From a virus (taxonomy: Duplodnaviria; Heunggongvirae; Uroviricota; Caudoviricetes), in IMG/VR virus record IMGVR_UViG_3300025133_000025: 43,306 nt of DNA, one strand, 5' to 3'. Position 1 is the first letter of the stretch; the number at the start of each line of letters is the position of its first letter. The notes beneath the pieces are model-generated. The model did no database searches. It was not told the DNA's origin and saw nothing but the letters and a program-made list of their open reading frames with translations. The position numbers were made by a program, and so were the translations under genes. Positions 10,430 through 19,363 of this stretch are shown piece after piece.

Positions 10430-12069
10430 TACATTAACCTCCCTTGTTTGTTTAGCGCCCGAATTTTGGCATATGTCAATTGGCTGTAAATATCGCTATA
10501 CTCATCAATGAACTCTGCTGCAAAGTCAGCAATCCCTGCTGACTCAACATCATTATCATCCGATAGTTCTAGTAAATGTACACGCTTAATTGGTCTGCGA
10601 ACTGTATTGTCAGTTTCACGTAGGAATGCACTCTCTGTTGTAAATTTCTGCCCCACTTGCTTTGGAGCTTTGCGCGCAGGAGGTCGTTCATTGCGGGCGC
10701 GAATAATACGCAAAAGAAAATACACACGCATAAACTTCAAAATGTCAATATCTGTTAAAAGCTCCGGGGTGAATGTCTTCTTATAGCGCTCTTTATATAA
10801 TTCGTGTGCAAGGTTCCAATGTGAATCAGCGCCGGTGTGGCCTTGCTCAACATCACGATCAAACTCAATACGCTCGTATAACAACTTAAGCTTCTCGCCC
10901 AGGGATTTAATATTTTTCCTAGATGGCAGTAAATAGCCATTAATGGCTGCAGACACCTGGAAGGCTTGTGCGGCGGTCCCCTCGTCGGTGGTGCCGTCGA
11001 AGACTTCTTTATAAAACTCTTTCCATTTTCTTTTAAATGGTGAGCGTGTATCCGAGATCTTCTCTGCCCCAAGCTCTGCTTCTCTTGCAAAGATTACTGG
11101 CATGAAAATTCGAGTTTCAAACGTATATGTTCCCCCAAGATGACCATTTACTGCATACTTTATACGATCAATTATTGTGCCGTCGCCAAGCGAGTCGTTA
11201 TCAACTGCATTATCATGCGTCTCTTCGTATTGCGCACGTAATGTTCCTGGAGCGTCGGGACCTATCTTTTCAAACTCTGACCTGGCTTCTTCAAGTGTAA
11301 ATGAATATTTCCTTGATGCAGCTGCAATTCTTCTTTTCTGCTTCTCATTGTTCATCATTGTTGTCATCAGCGGTTTATATCCACCTTGACTGTTGGGGAA
11401 AAACTGAATTATTCCGACAGCTCCCTGAGGATTGAGGGCCCAAAAATTTGACCATGTTTTTGTATCAAGCTGACCTGTCTCGAGCCTAATAGTTGGCAGC
11501 ATAACAGCAATATCATGGGCATTAAGGTTTGCAAAACGTTGCTGGAATGCTGCAATATCGTCTGTGACTTTAACCTCACTGGGGATATTTACTTGCCCAA
11601 AAATCGTATCACTGTCGTTATTTAACGCCTTACACATTATCTCAGTCATGTAGATAATTGTATTAACGTCATATGATGTTTGCGCAGATGAAAATGATGC
11701 ATGCGAATCATAGCTATACGCAATTACAGGAGGAAGCTCAATGAGCTTCTTGTCTAATTTCATGAAACTATTAAGCGTCTTAAGCGTGCCGTGATCTGCT
11801 TTGCTATATTCAAAGACAGGAATGCAGACTGCCGTAACATCTCTGCGCTCAATTACATTTCGAGACAATTGCTGCATATCTCGAATTCCCTCAATAGGAT
11901 AAACAACTACGTAATTAACACCTGCGCCAAGATATGCGAATGAGTTCTTTAGTGCAATTAATTGTTCTTCTGGTACATCAGTTGAAAGTAGAATTGGGAT
12001 TCCATAGAATGTGTCAACACGAGTTCGCTTCCCACTGTGCCTACTGATACTATCATTAAAGAGCTTCAT
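10429..12069 (-). CDS. Hypothetical protein (546 aa) in the morphogenesis block
   Basis: Long ORF with no recognisable motif; its start overlaps the upstream small acidic gene. Confidence 0.45.
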   Translation of the reverse strand: MKLFNDSISRHSGKRTRVDTFYGIPILLSTDVPEEQLIALKNSFAYLGAGVNYVVVYPIEGIRDMQQLSRNVIERRDVTAVCIPVFEYSKADHGTLKTLNSFMKLDKKLIELPPVIAYSYDSHASFSSAQTSYDVNTIIYMTEIMCKALNNDSDTIFGQVNIPSEVKVTDDIAAFQQRFANLNAHDIAVMLPTIRLETGQLDTKTWSNFWALNPQGAVGIIQFFPNSQGGYKPLMTTMMNNEKQKRRIAAASRKYSFTLEEARSEFEKIGPDAPGTLRAQYEETHDNAVDNDSLGDGTIIDRIKYAVNGHLGGTYTFETRIFMPVIFAREAELGAEKISDTRSPFKRKWKEFYKEVFDGTTDEGTAAQAFQVSAAINGYLLPSRKNIKSLGEKLKLLYERIEFDRDVEQGHTGADSHWNLAHELYKERYKKTFTPELLTDIDILKFMRVYFLLRIIRARNERPPARKAPKQVGQKFTTESAFLRETDNTVRRPIKRVHLLELSDDNDVESAGIADFAAEFIDEYSDIYSQLTYAKIRALNKQGRLM

Positions 12070-12364
12070 CCTGCGGGTTTTCCTCGTCGTAGATATCTAA
12101 ATCTTGTGCAAGACCATCTAGATCATCGTCATCATTTTCAGGCTGCATTTTTTCAAGGATTCTAGCAATTGCCATTAATTGATCAACCGTCTTTGCACGA
12201 GCAGCGTACATCTTTGGAAGCTCTTTCATATATGCTGCAGCACTGCCAGGCTCAGAATCGATGCCTTGTTCAATGTAGCCAAGTACGACAGTTATTGATT
12301 CTCTATCTTCCTCAGCCTGCTTATAAGCCTGCTTAAGCAGTGCTTCAACATCAAGTTCATTCAT
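12056..12364 (-). CDS. Small acidic hypothetical protein
   Basis: 102 aa, D/E-rich (DDDDLDGLAQDLDIYDEE); ATGA-type overlap with the sigma-like gene upstream. Confidence 0.4.
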   Translation of the reverse strand: MNELDVEALLKQAYKQAEEDRESITVVLGYIEQGIDSEPGSAAAYMKELPKMYAARAKTVDQLMAIARILEKMQPENDDDDLDGLAQDLDIYDEENPQDEAL

Positions 12365-13116
12365 GGCGCTCTATAACCCTCTTCAAACCTTTTCAATGAA
12401 TAAGTATAGCGTACCTTGAGTTTGCTGATTGCGTTCGTTATCTTTTTAGTCTCTAGTCCCGTTATCTCTCTAAGATATACATATACAGCTCTCTTACTGA
12501 GTATTTCAAGGCCATCAGCCTCTTTGAACAACTCAATTACAGCAGAGATAACAATCTTATCATTCTCCTTTGCAGCTTCAGTAAGCCATCTTGTTTGCGC
12601 TTCAAATACAATAAATCTAACAAGCTCTGCCCGCTCAAACTCATCTTCACTTGTTGCAATCTGGTTCGTACCTTCATTTGCCCTTGTCTTAATGACATCG
12701 TCATAACAGAGATTGCGTGATGAATCGCGTTGCTGGCGCCTATAGGCTGCAATGAAAAAGTTCTTGGTAATCTGATTGAAGTATGAAAATGCCTTGGTGC
12801 CGCGGGTTGGATCAAACCTTACAAGTGCCTTGTAGATGTGAACGAGACACTCTTGCTCTGCTTGCTCAATATCATGAATGGTTCTTCGAAACTTATACAC
12901 ATTGATGACATTTTCAATTAGCTTTGAAACAGCTGGATGAATTTCTTTTGTGTAAATTCTTTCACGCTCTGATGGATTTTCGCTTGTATTAAAGCGAACA
13001 ATTGCAGCATCAACTTCTGGTCCAAAATATAATTTCTTTGTTGAATTCTTTTTACGCCTGCCCATCATCTTCTCCCATATTTGATGTAATATGCCCGCCA
13101 TCAATGACAATTTCAA
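12361..13116 (-). CDS. Putative phage late sigma factor (T4 gp55-like, sigma-70 region-2 related)
   Basis: 251 aa. The segment ECLVHIYKALVRFDPTRGTKAFSYFNQITKNFFIAAYRRQQR aligns by eye to T4 gp55 [35 protein letters not shown], the conserved sigma region-2-like core. Confidence 0.45.
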   Translation of the reverse strand: MKLSLMAGILHQIWEKMMGRRKKNSTKKLYFGPEVDAAIVRFNTSENPSERERIYTKEIHPAVSKLIENVINVYKFRRTIHDIEQAEQECLVHIYKALVRFDPTRGTKAFSYFNQITKNFFIAAYRRQQRDSSRNLCYDDVIKTRANEGTNQIATSEDEFERAELVRFIVFEAQTRWLTEAAKENDKIVISAVIELFKEADGLEILSKRAVYVYLREITGLETKKITNAISKLKVRYTYSLKRFEEGYRAP

Positions 13117-13378
13117 GAGACTCGCATGAACTAATTATTGTATGCTCAAGAAATCGCCATGTTGCAAACATAGCACGGAGCTTTGGCGTGTCAAAGAAAA
13201 GCTGTTGCTCATTTACTTCTTCAACAAATCTATTAAACTTCAAAATATCAGCTGAAATATCGCCGACGACGCCTGAATAATTGTCAAGCTTGATGAGTGC
13301 TCTGTATAGCAGCACAGAGACAATTCCCAAACACGCAAGTGCTGCAAGTAAGGCGCCTCCTAAAATCCATGGCATCAT
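13052..13378 (-). CDS. Small membrane protein
   Basis: 108 aa with an N-terminal hydrophobic helix (MMPWILGGALLAALACLGIVSVLLY); it overlaps the sigma-like gene by 65 nt, so the start is uncertain. Confidence 0.35.
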   Translation of the reverse strand: MMPWILGGALLAALACLGIVSVLLYRALIKLDNYSGVVGDISADILKFNRFVEEVNEQQLFFDTPKLRAMFATWRFLEHTIISSCESLEIVIDGGHITSNMGEDDGQA

Positions 13379-13584
13379 GTTAAATCGTCAAAGGAATCAT
13401 CATCTAGGTCGACATCACTTGATTCGTTTGCATCATCAATTAATTGCGGATACAGTTCACCATCAACAGCATTATAACGAACACTTCGCAAGTATTCAGA
13501 TACGTCGGTTCCATTTAGCAGTGCGCTCTGCAGCGCTAAAACAAATTGTGCTGTCGCCTCTGACGATAGCTTTAAGTCAGTCAT
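13375..13584 (-). CDS. Small acidic hypothetical protein
   Basis: 69 aa, D/E-rich C-terminus; 4-nt overlaps with both neighbours. Confidence 0.4.
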   Translation of the reverse strand: MTDLKLSSEATAQFVLALQSALLNGTDVSEYLRSVRYNAVDGELYPQLIDDANESSDVDLDDDSFDDLT

Positions 13585-13931
13585 TCTTTAAGTCCTGGTA
13601 GAGAATCTAAATCTTCTGGGTTATCAAAACAAAAACCCTTATCATCAATGTATATGTCAGCTGACACTTTCCCAAAAAAGATTGAATCATAGGGCACATC
13701 CCATTCATCCATTTGGGAAAGTGTCAGCTCTTTAATTGCTTCTGGAATATTCTTTACATTATCTTTTGTTCGGCCCATTCCTCGAGCCGTTTGTAGTTTT
13801 ATTGTGTTCCCTTTATTATAAAGAGCCCGCATTCGCTCAATAACAGCCTCATTTGGCACAGAATTTTCATAATTGCTGTCCTTTGTAGCACAAACAACTC
13901 CATCAATGTCAAAACAATAGGTTTTAATCAT
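13581..13931 (-). CDS. HAD-superfamily phosphatase, GmhB-like (heptose 1,7-bisphosphate phosphatase type)
   Basis: 116 aa. HAD motif I CFDIDGVVC (DxDGV) near the N-terminus and IYIDDKG late; small size and context beside heptose kinase/nucleotidyltransferase genes. Confidence 0.55.
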   Translation of the reverse strand: MIKTYCFDIDGVVCATKDSNYENSVPNEAVIERMRALYNKGNTIKLQTARGMGRTKDNVKNIPEAIKELTLSQMDEWDVPYDSIFFGKVSADIYIDDKGFCFDNPEDLDSLPGLKE

Positions 13932-14380
13932 AACGTAGTCCCCCGCATTATGCGGTATGAGTCCTCATCAAAGTGTTCTGTGGAGAACTCGAATAGCTCC
14001 AGACCGCTGCGAGAGATGATCTGGTGCACAGTTCTGGGTGGAATTGGGATGATTTCGCCCGCAAATAGCGGTATAACCTGCAAATCTAAAATTTCTTTTG
14101 CCCTCGACCACGTATCAGTGAACTCTGTTCCTTTGAGGCTATCGATGCGCAAACCCTTCGGGAAATGAACATCAAGTTGGCCCGGGGCAAATTGTCGAGA
14201 AATAAGAAGAAGGCCCTCACCGCCCTGGATGTAAAATGTCTCGTTCTTCTTCTCATGATAATGAAGAGAACACTTGGTGCCAGGACTAAATACAAGCTTT
14301 TTACCGCAGTAAAGAGACGAATTTGCCGCCCAAAGCTCATAGCCCCACCCCTTTGCTACACGCACTGGTTCAAACGTCAT
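13928..14380 (-). CDS. Cupin-fold protein (possible sugar-phosphate isomerase/epimerase)
   Basis: Cupin motif HYHEKKNETFYIQGGEG. The likely start is the internal Met (MTFEPVRVAKGWGYELW) at 14380, which is preceded by AAGGA; the longest ORF extends to 14452 and would overlap the kinase gene by 83 nt. Confidence 0.45.
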   Translation of the reverse strand: MTFEPVRVAKGWGYELWAANSSLYCGKKLVFSPGTKCSLHYHEKKNETFYIQGGEGLLLISRQFAPGQLDVHFPKGLRIDSLKGTEFTDTWSRAKEILDLQVIPLFAGEIIPIPPRTVHQIISRSGLELFEFSTEHFDEDSYRIMRGTTL

Positions 14381-15293
14381 TTGATGTCCTTGGTAAGGCA
14401 ACTGCCTTTGTTGCAGCAGCCTCAGCAATTCGAGCGGCCCATTTAAAATCATCCTGAAATGTCAAAGCATACGCGAACACCGCTGTCACTACATCACCTG
14501 CTCCGACAACACTTCTTACTGGTCCAGCTGTTGTTTTTAGGCGCTCAGTTTCATTACCCAACTCAAATACTGCTAGGCCATCAGCTCCCATTGAAACAAT
14601 TGCAACAGGGATGTCTTGTTTATTATCTAGAGCAGTCCACTCTGCAAAATTTACTGTAATATACACATCAAAATCACGTGATAGAAAACCATCATAATCT
14701 TGAAAATTAGCTTTCTTGGTATCAATTACAATTTTTGCTGTTTCTGGAAGGCGGGTGGCAATCTCATCAATGAGCTCACGTGTAACAATTCCCTTTGCAT
14801 AATCAGACACGATTACTACATCTGCTATATCAAGAATATTACATTTCTGCGCATTCATAGATTTCACTGACTGCAGAACAAGATTACTATCTTGCGGTGA
14901 GAATGACTTACCGGTGTCAACACGAAGAAGTGTTACGTCACCATTCATATAACGTGTCTTCAACAGCATCTTGTCGATTTCGCCGTCTATAAACATAACT
15001 GTTGGAGCTAGATATCGCAAGTGACTATTTACAGGGCCAATGAAACTTGTTGAGCAATGAAGCCTGCTAATTATTTTTGCAACGTTTGCAGCTCCGCCAG
15101 CCTGCTCTACAGTGTCATTGACATCAAGCAGTAGGCTCGGGGCTTCAGGGTTCACCCTGCTTACGTCACCGTAAATGTAGCGATCAACCATTGGATCACC
15201 GATAACAACAACATTAGGCATTAATACGCCCGCGAATTGCTGTTGAACTAAATCCCTCGACTGTTGGAAAAATTGCGATTGACGCATATTCAT
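14370..15293 (-). CDS. hldE: D-beta-D-heptose 7-phosphate kinase-like (HldE/RfaE domain I, PfkB family)
   Basis: VVVIGDPMVDRYIYGDVSRVNPEAPSLLLDV matches the RfaE domain-I N-terminus (VLVVGDVMLDRYWYG...EAPVPV); GAGD near the C-terminus is PfkB motif 2. The start was chosen at the Met about 20 aa before the motif; the longest ORF runs to 15356. Confidence 0.65.
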   Translation of the reverse strand: MNMRQSQFFQQSRDLVQQQFAGVLMPNVVVIGDPMVDRYIYGDVSRVNPEAPSLLLDVNDTVEQAGGAANVAKIISRLHCSTSFIGPVNSHLRYLAPTVMFIDGEIDKMLLKTRYMNGDVTLLRVDTGKSFSPQDSNLVLQSVKSMNAQKCNILDIADVVIVSDYAKGIVTRELIDEIATRLPETAKIVIDTKKANFQDYDGFLSRDFDVYITVNFAEWTALDNKQDIPVAIVSMGADGLAVFELGNETERLKTTAGPVRSVVGAGDVVTAVFAYALTFQDDFKWAARIAEAAATKAVALPRTSNDV

Positions 15294-15726
15294 GTCCAAC
15301 AACATCTTCTGGTTTATAATCACCACCTTTAACGATGATATCAGGTTCAACAGCAAGAATAAGATTTAATGGTGTGTCTTCACTGAAGGGAATCGTTACA
15401 AGATATTTTACTGGGTTGGTCGCAATGTTTTCAATCATGAAACATCTTTCATCAATTGGCACAAAGGGCCGATCGCTACCTTTGTAGCGGCGCACACTGC
15501 TATCACTGTTTACACCAACAACTAATGCGCCATATGGGCCTGCAAGCGCCGCGGCATATTGAATAATCTTTACATGGCCAGGATGTAGAATATCAAAGCA
15601 CCCATTTGTAAATACAACTCGTGATGGTAGAGGAATTCTGCGAAGTTGTACAATCTTTTGCTCCAGTGAATATCCTGTTCTTGGCTTAATAGCTGTAGCA
15701 TAACTTTTCTTTACTCTACGATCCAT
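15214..15726 (-). CDS. Heptose 1-phosphate adenylyltransferase-like (RfaE domain II, cytidylyltransferase fold)
   Basis: VVFTNGCFDILHPGHVKIIQYAA is a near-exact RfaE-II / HIGH-motif nucleotidyltransferase signature. Confidence 0.7.
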   Translation of the reverse strand: MDRRVKKSYATAIKPRTGYSLEQKIVQLRRIPLPSRVVFTNGCFDILHPGHVKIIQYAAALAGPYGALVVGVNSDSSVRRYKGSDRPFVPIDERCFMIENIATNPVKYLVTIPFSEDTPLNLILAVEPDIIVKGGDYKPEDVVGHEYASIAIFPTVEGFSSTAIRGRINA

Positions 15727-16325
15727 GCGATTTGGCCCCCCTTTTCATGGGCAGAGGCAAACAGTGGTTCGATACCAATCGCGTTGAAGTACTCCTGCAC
15801 CAGCTCAGGCTTGCTTGCTCCCTCGCGGTGGTAGTCGTCAACCATGACGATGACAGCACGAGGGAAGCGGCCAGTTACGACGGGCCAGATGGCTGTCAGC
15901 TCCTTGAGGTGGTGAATCGCAGCGGCTTGGCCCTCCAGGGGGTTGTAATCGTAGGAATCGAGGTATACGAGGTCAGGAAGTGTGCCCTGGGCCGCGATTC
16001 TGTGCAGTTCTGCCACGGAATCCGCAGTAATTGCGGTTACGTATTTGGAATCGCACACCTTTCGGGCAAGCTCAGTAGCTGCCGGATCGATGTCAATTGT
16101 GATCACCTGGCCGCCCGTTTGGGCCACGAACCACTCCCAAACACGTGTAGACTGCCCGTCCCACGTCCAATTATCATACTGGCGCACGGTTCCTGTCTCG
16201 ATGATGATATGACCAGTATCTCGCTCTTCTAACATAGCAGCAATGGCCTTACGAAACGTAGCAAATCTACGGCCTAAGCGCTTATCCATGAAAAACTTGT
16301 CATACTCTGCAAGAATGTTGGTCAT
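15711..16325 (-). CDS. Class I SAM-dependent methyltransferase, TylF/macrocin-O-methyltransferase-like (Methyltransf_24)
   Basis: 204 aa; IIETGTVRG glycine-rich SAM motif I; overall resemblance to TylF-type sugar O-methyltransferases; it lies in the GC-rich island. Confidence 0.45.
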   Translation of the reverse strand: MTNILAEYDKFFMDKRLGRRFATFRKAIAAMLEERDTGHIIIETGTVRQYDNWTWDGQSTRVWEWFVAQTGGQVITIDIDPAATELARKVCDSKYVTAITADSVAELHRIAAQGTLPDLVYLDSYDYNPLEGQAAAIHHLKELTAIWPVVTGRFPRAVIVMVDDYHREGASKPELVQEYFNAIGIEPLFASAHEKGGQIAWIVE

Positions 16326-16372
16326 CCTGCCTCCAATATGTACATTGTATCACGCAGTTAAGGGCGTGGAAC

Positions 16373-16780
16373 CTATTTTGCGGCTGCAGCCAGAGCGCTG
16401 GACGACTGGACCTTGCCACCGCGACCGACATTCCAGAGGAGACCCACATTCATGTCGTTACAGAGGTTGACCTCAGGCGTGTTGTCGCTGACACGATCTC
16501 CACCATTGGCGAAGTAGTCAGGCTTGAACCGCTTGATTGCGTCACAGGCAGTGTCATCAGAGTCGTCAAAGGCAACCACCTGTGAGACGCCGCGGATGGC
16601 CATCAGAATCTCCTTGCGCTCTTCAAACGGCATGAAAACGAAGCCCTTCTTGCGGAGCAGCCATGCGTCTGAATTGAGGGCGACAATCACCGGGCCCATC
16701 CGGTTCGCCTGCAGGATCATCCTCACATGCCCGATGTGAATTGGGTCGAAGCCTCCGGATACCATGATTCGCTCATTCAT
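16373..16780 (-). CDS. Cytidylyltransferase-fold nucleotidyltransferase (second RfaE-II/TagD-like paralog)
   Basis: MVSGGFDPIHIGHVRMIL is a HIGH-motif nucleotidyltransferase signature; 135 aa; GC-rich codon usage unlike the 15214 copy. Confidence 0.6.
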   Translation of the reverse strand: MNERIMVSGGFDPIHIGHVRMILQANRMGPVIVALNSDAWLLRKKGFVFMPFEERKEILMAIRGVSQVVAFDDSDDTACDAIKRFKPDYFANGGDRVSDNTPEVNLCNDMNVGLLWNVGRGGKVQSSSALAAAAK

Positions 16781-16791
16781 CTCAACACTCT

Positions 16792-17043
16792 CTATTCTGG
16801 CACAAAGCAGAAGCGCATGACGGGGACCAATCGATCACCCTTCTCGTACATGTCAAAGTTTGACGTGCTCTTGCAGAAGAGCTTCCCCCGGAGGCCGGCA
16901 AAAGCCCTCTCATCTCCGGGCCAGGCGTACTCTGACGTGAGATGGCGTGATACCTCACCATCAAGAAACTGCGGTGTCTCTACCTCAACCACCTCGATGC
17001 CAGGGTAATCCGCGAAGAACGCTCTAACTTCGTCAACCGTCAT
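16792..17043 (-). CDS. Hypothetical protein
   Basis: 83-aa ORF in the GC-rich island; 4-nt overlap with the upstream gene. Confidence 0.35.
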   Translation of the reverse strand: MTVDEVRAFFADYPGIEVVEVETPQFLDGEVSRHLTSEYAWPGDERAFAGLRGKLFCKSTSNFDMYEKGDRLVPVMRFCFVPE

Positions 17044-17315
17044 GGGCGGTTGGCGTCCATCTCCGCCAGCAGCTCATCAGCGTCGTAGCCACACATTGGG
17101 GCGGCATCACGAATCTGCTTCTCGGTGATCTTTCCATTGACGAATGGCAACACGACTAGGGTCTCGCCATCCTCGGCGAGTAGAAATACTCCCCCGCCTC
17201 GCTCCTTGAAGAGCGCCTGCATGTTGTTCCAGCCTGGGATAGGTTCTTCAGTTGCCAAGGGAAAAAGCCCTTCTGGTGTGCACTGGATGCTGTCCAGTGA
17301 ACTCGTAGATGCCAT
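17040..17315 (-). CDS. Hypothetical protein
   Basis: 91-aa ORF, co-directional and tightly packed. Confidence 0.35.
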   Translation of the reverse strand: MASTSSLDSIQCTPEGLFPLATEEPIPGWNNMQALFKERGGGVFLLAEDGETLVVLPFVNGKITEKQIRDAAPMCGYDADELLAEMDANRP

Positions 17316-18048
17316 AATCGCCCGTAGTGGTGGCTTTTCCGTCCTCTACAGCCCAATCGTAGGTGAATTCCCGGTCTCCGAACCGTGTATTCCACCAATC
17401 GATCTTGGACTGGATACGCTCTGGAGGCCGCATAAATGAGTAGTGGAAGTAGGAAATCGGCAGCTTGAGGTGCTGCGCGTTGCCCGAGAACCATCCAGCG
17501 TACTCCCAATCCATGTAGTTGTCGTTTACGAAGCGGCAACCAGGCGTCATCCTGAAGAAGCGAGGAAATTCATGCCACGTGTACGTGTCGAAGTCGTTCA
17601 CGAACGTCCTGGACTTGACGTGCACGCAGTCGACAGGAGTCACGTCCAGATTCCTTGTCAGGACCTTAGCAGCAATGGCCAGCTGGTCATCCTCCCACAC
17701 CTCATCGCCATCAACGATGAAGAGATAGTCCTCAACGCCATCACCGAAGTTGCAGAGGTTGTCACGAATGTAGTTCAGGCCCGCGTTTCGCTGGTGTGTG
17801 TCAGACTCCTGGTTGGTCTGCAGCATGGCCACCTTGTCGTGTGCCTCAGCAGCATCGACAATGCTCATGATGAGACCAACGGTGCCATCAGTGGAGCGAG
17901 CGGAGCGTCCAATGCGGATGAACTCCTGGTACGCACCTTCCACGATCGTGATGGAGGCGACGTGGGGCGACTCGATCATTGCTGGAAGGGAGGCAGGAAT
18001 GAACTCCGCCTCGTTGTACACTGTCATGAGAACGTGGATTCTAGCCAT
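17248..18048 (-). CDS. Glycosyltransferase family 2
   Basis: N-terminal VLMTVYNEAEFI (GT2 signature) and a DXD motif, FIVDGDEVW. Confidence 0.6.
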   Translation of the reverse strand: MARIHVLMTVYNEAEFIPASLPAMIESPHVASITIVEGAYQEFIRIGRSARSTDGTVGLIMSIVDAAEAHDKVAMLQTNQESDTHQRNAGLNYIRDNLCNFGDGVEDYLFIVDGDEVWEDDQLAIAAKVLTRNLDVTPVDCVHVKSRTFVNDFDTYTWHEFPRFFRMTPGCRFVNDNYMDWEYAGWFSGNAQHLKLPISYFHYSFMRPPERIQSKIDWWNTRFGDREFTYDWAVEDGKATTTGDYGIYEFTGQHPVHTRRAFSLGN

Positions 18049-18280
18049 TTTCTGCGGCCCTTCGCATTGCGTCCCACTCCTGCCCAGCAGTAAACATCAT
18101 TGTCGCCAGCAGAGTGTTTGACAAGCCAAACTCATCAAACTCTTCAGCGACACTCATGACAAATTTGGCCTGCATGTCTGGGGCGTCCATGACCATTGTC
18201 TGGCCGCTCTTGAATTCTGCGTAAACTGCCCTCATGTTGCGGCACAATATTTCGTAAGCGATTACTTCTGCATTATCCAT
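18041..18280 (-). CDS. Hypothetical protein
   Basis: 79-aa ORF overlapping the GT2 start by 8 nt. Confidence 0.35.
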   Translation of the reverse strand: MDNAEVIAYEILCRNMRAVYAEFKSGQTMVMDAPDMQAKFVMSVAEEFDEFGLSNTLLATMMFTAGQEWDAMRRAAENG

Positions 18281-19094
18281 CTTCTACCCAGAGAATGTCA
18301 TTGATCTGGCCAGTCTTGGGGAGCTCAATTGTCTTCAAGACCTCACCATTCATTGTAACCAAATGTAGGTGAGATGGAACCTCACCATGCCTCTCGCCTC
18401 GTGAAGCGCGGAAACTTTCACCAACCCAGAGGTTCCCATTGGGGAGCTGGGCAATGCCACGAATGAAGCCAGACAGCTTGACGAGTGGCTCATGGCCGCC
18501 GACGAGCCAGACCTCGCTGTCGTGAGACGAGCAGTAGGCGATGGTGCCATCGTGGAGGACTTCGATGTCGTGGGTGTGCGTTCCACCCTGGCTGACTGGA
18601 TGCATCTCGCTGATCTGGATGACGTCACCATGCGAGGCTTCGTCAATCCAGCTCCAGGGGATGAGCCCAATCTGACTTGTCTGCCCGCGGTTGTTGAGGC
18701 CGACCATGAGGCCATGCTCAGTCGCCGCCAGGGCGTTGATGTGGTTGATGTCAGCTCGGCGCTGGCCAATGTTGATCCGCCACTCTCTTTCCACTTCCGC
18801 CACTACGATGGAGTTGTCCTTCGTGCTCGTGAGGAACATCTGGTTGGCTTGCCTGAAGGCGATTTGGTGGCAGTCCAGCACATTGGGAATCCGGATGAAC
18901 ACCGCAGGGTCGTCGCTGGAGTAGATCCGCACGCCTGTGGCACCCTCATCACGACCTGTCGCAGCTACAACACCGGAGTCGTCTGTGATCAGACCAAACC
19001 AGTTGCTGCAATTGCTGTCATGGAAATAGAGCTCCGCCCGCGTTCCTTCATCATTTACCTGGAGGACGCCGGCGGTTGTTGCTACATAGAGCAA
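18273..19094 (-). CDS. Hypothetical protein, possibly beta-propeller fold
   Basis: 273 aa with repeated short beta-rich segments and H/D-rich motifs (THTHDIEVLHDGTIAY, NGNLWVGESF); no confident family assignment. Confidence 0.4.
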   Translation of the reverse strand: MLYVATTAGVLQVNDEGTRAELYFHDSNCSNWFGLITDDSGVVAATGRDEGATGVRIYSSDDPAVFIRIPNVLDCHQIAFRQANQMFLTSTKDNSIVVAEVEREWRINIGQRRADINHINALAATEHGLMVGLNNRGQTSQIGLIPWSWIDEASHGDVIQISEMHPVSQGGTHTHDIEVLHDGTIAYCSSHDSEVWLVGGHEPLVKLSGFIRGIAQLPNGNLWVGESFRASRGERHGEVPSHLHLVTMNGEVLKTIELPKTGQINDILWVEDG

Positions 19095-19097
19095 GCT

Positions 19098-19352
19098 CTA
19101 CTCCGCTTCTTTGTCTGCTGTCTTCGGCTTGCGCTTCCTGCTACTCGGCTTGCGCTTTGAAGGTAGGCGCTTCTCAGCAAGTGAAGGTAAGGCTGGTGCT
19201 GGTGCTAAATCTACAGGCTTAGCTTCAACAGGCTCAGGCTTAGCTTCAACAGGCTCAGGCTTGGCTTCAACAGGCTCAGGCGTTGGAAGAACCCAACCTG
19301 CTTGCCTCTCACGCTGTGAACGCTTAATTCGTGCTCGTGAACGTTTACTCAT
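19098..19352 (-). CDS. Small basic protein with (PEPVEAK)x3 repeat
   Basis: 84 aa, Lys/Arg-rich termini; the central triple PEPVEAK is encoded by a 21-bp tandem repeat; SD AGGAGA upstream. Confidence 0.45.
   Translation of the reverse strand: MSKRSRARIKRSQRERQAGWVLPTPEPVEAKPEPVEAKPEPVEAKPVDLAPAPALPSLAEKRLPSKRKPSSRKRKPKTADKEAE
19214..19276. repeat. 21-bp tandem repeat x3 (CAGGCTTAGCTTCAACAGGCT), coding
   Basis: Three consecutive near-identical 21-mers inside ORF 19098-19352; one substitution in copy 3. Confidence 0.8.
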
Positions 19353-19363
19353 CTTTGTGTCTC

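Noticed and set aside
12361-13116. Calling the sigma-like protein the factor that recognises the TTTCCG box
   Set aside because: This is pure speculation. A gp55-like sigma would be expected to recognise late TATAAATA-type promoters, not an extended -10 class. It is kept only as a test suggestion.
15732-16232. Plus-strand 166-aa ORF (and 15982-16212) antisense to the methyltransferase gene; similar antisense ORFs at 17443-18093, 17798-18121, 18492-19160, 18350-18769
   Set aside because: They lie in the GC-rich island and are antisense to co-directional motif-bearing genes. They are typical GC artefacts.
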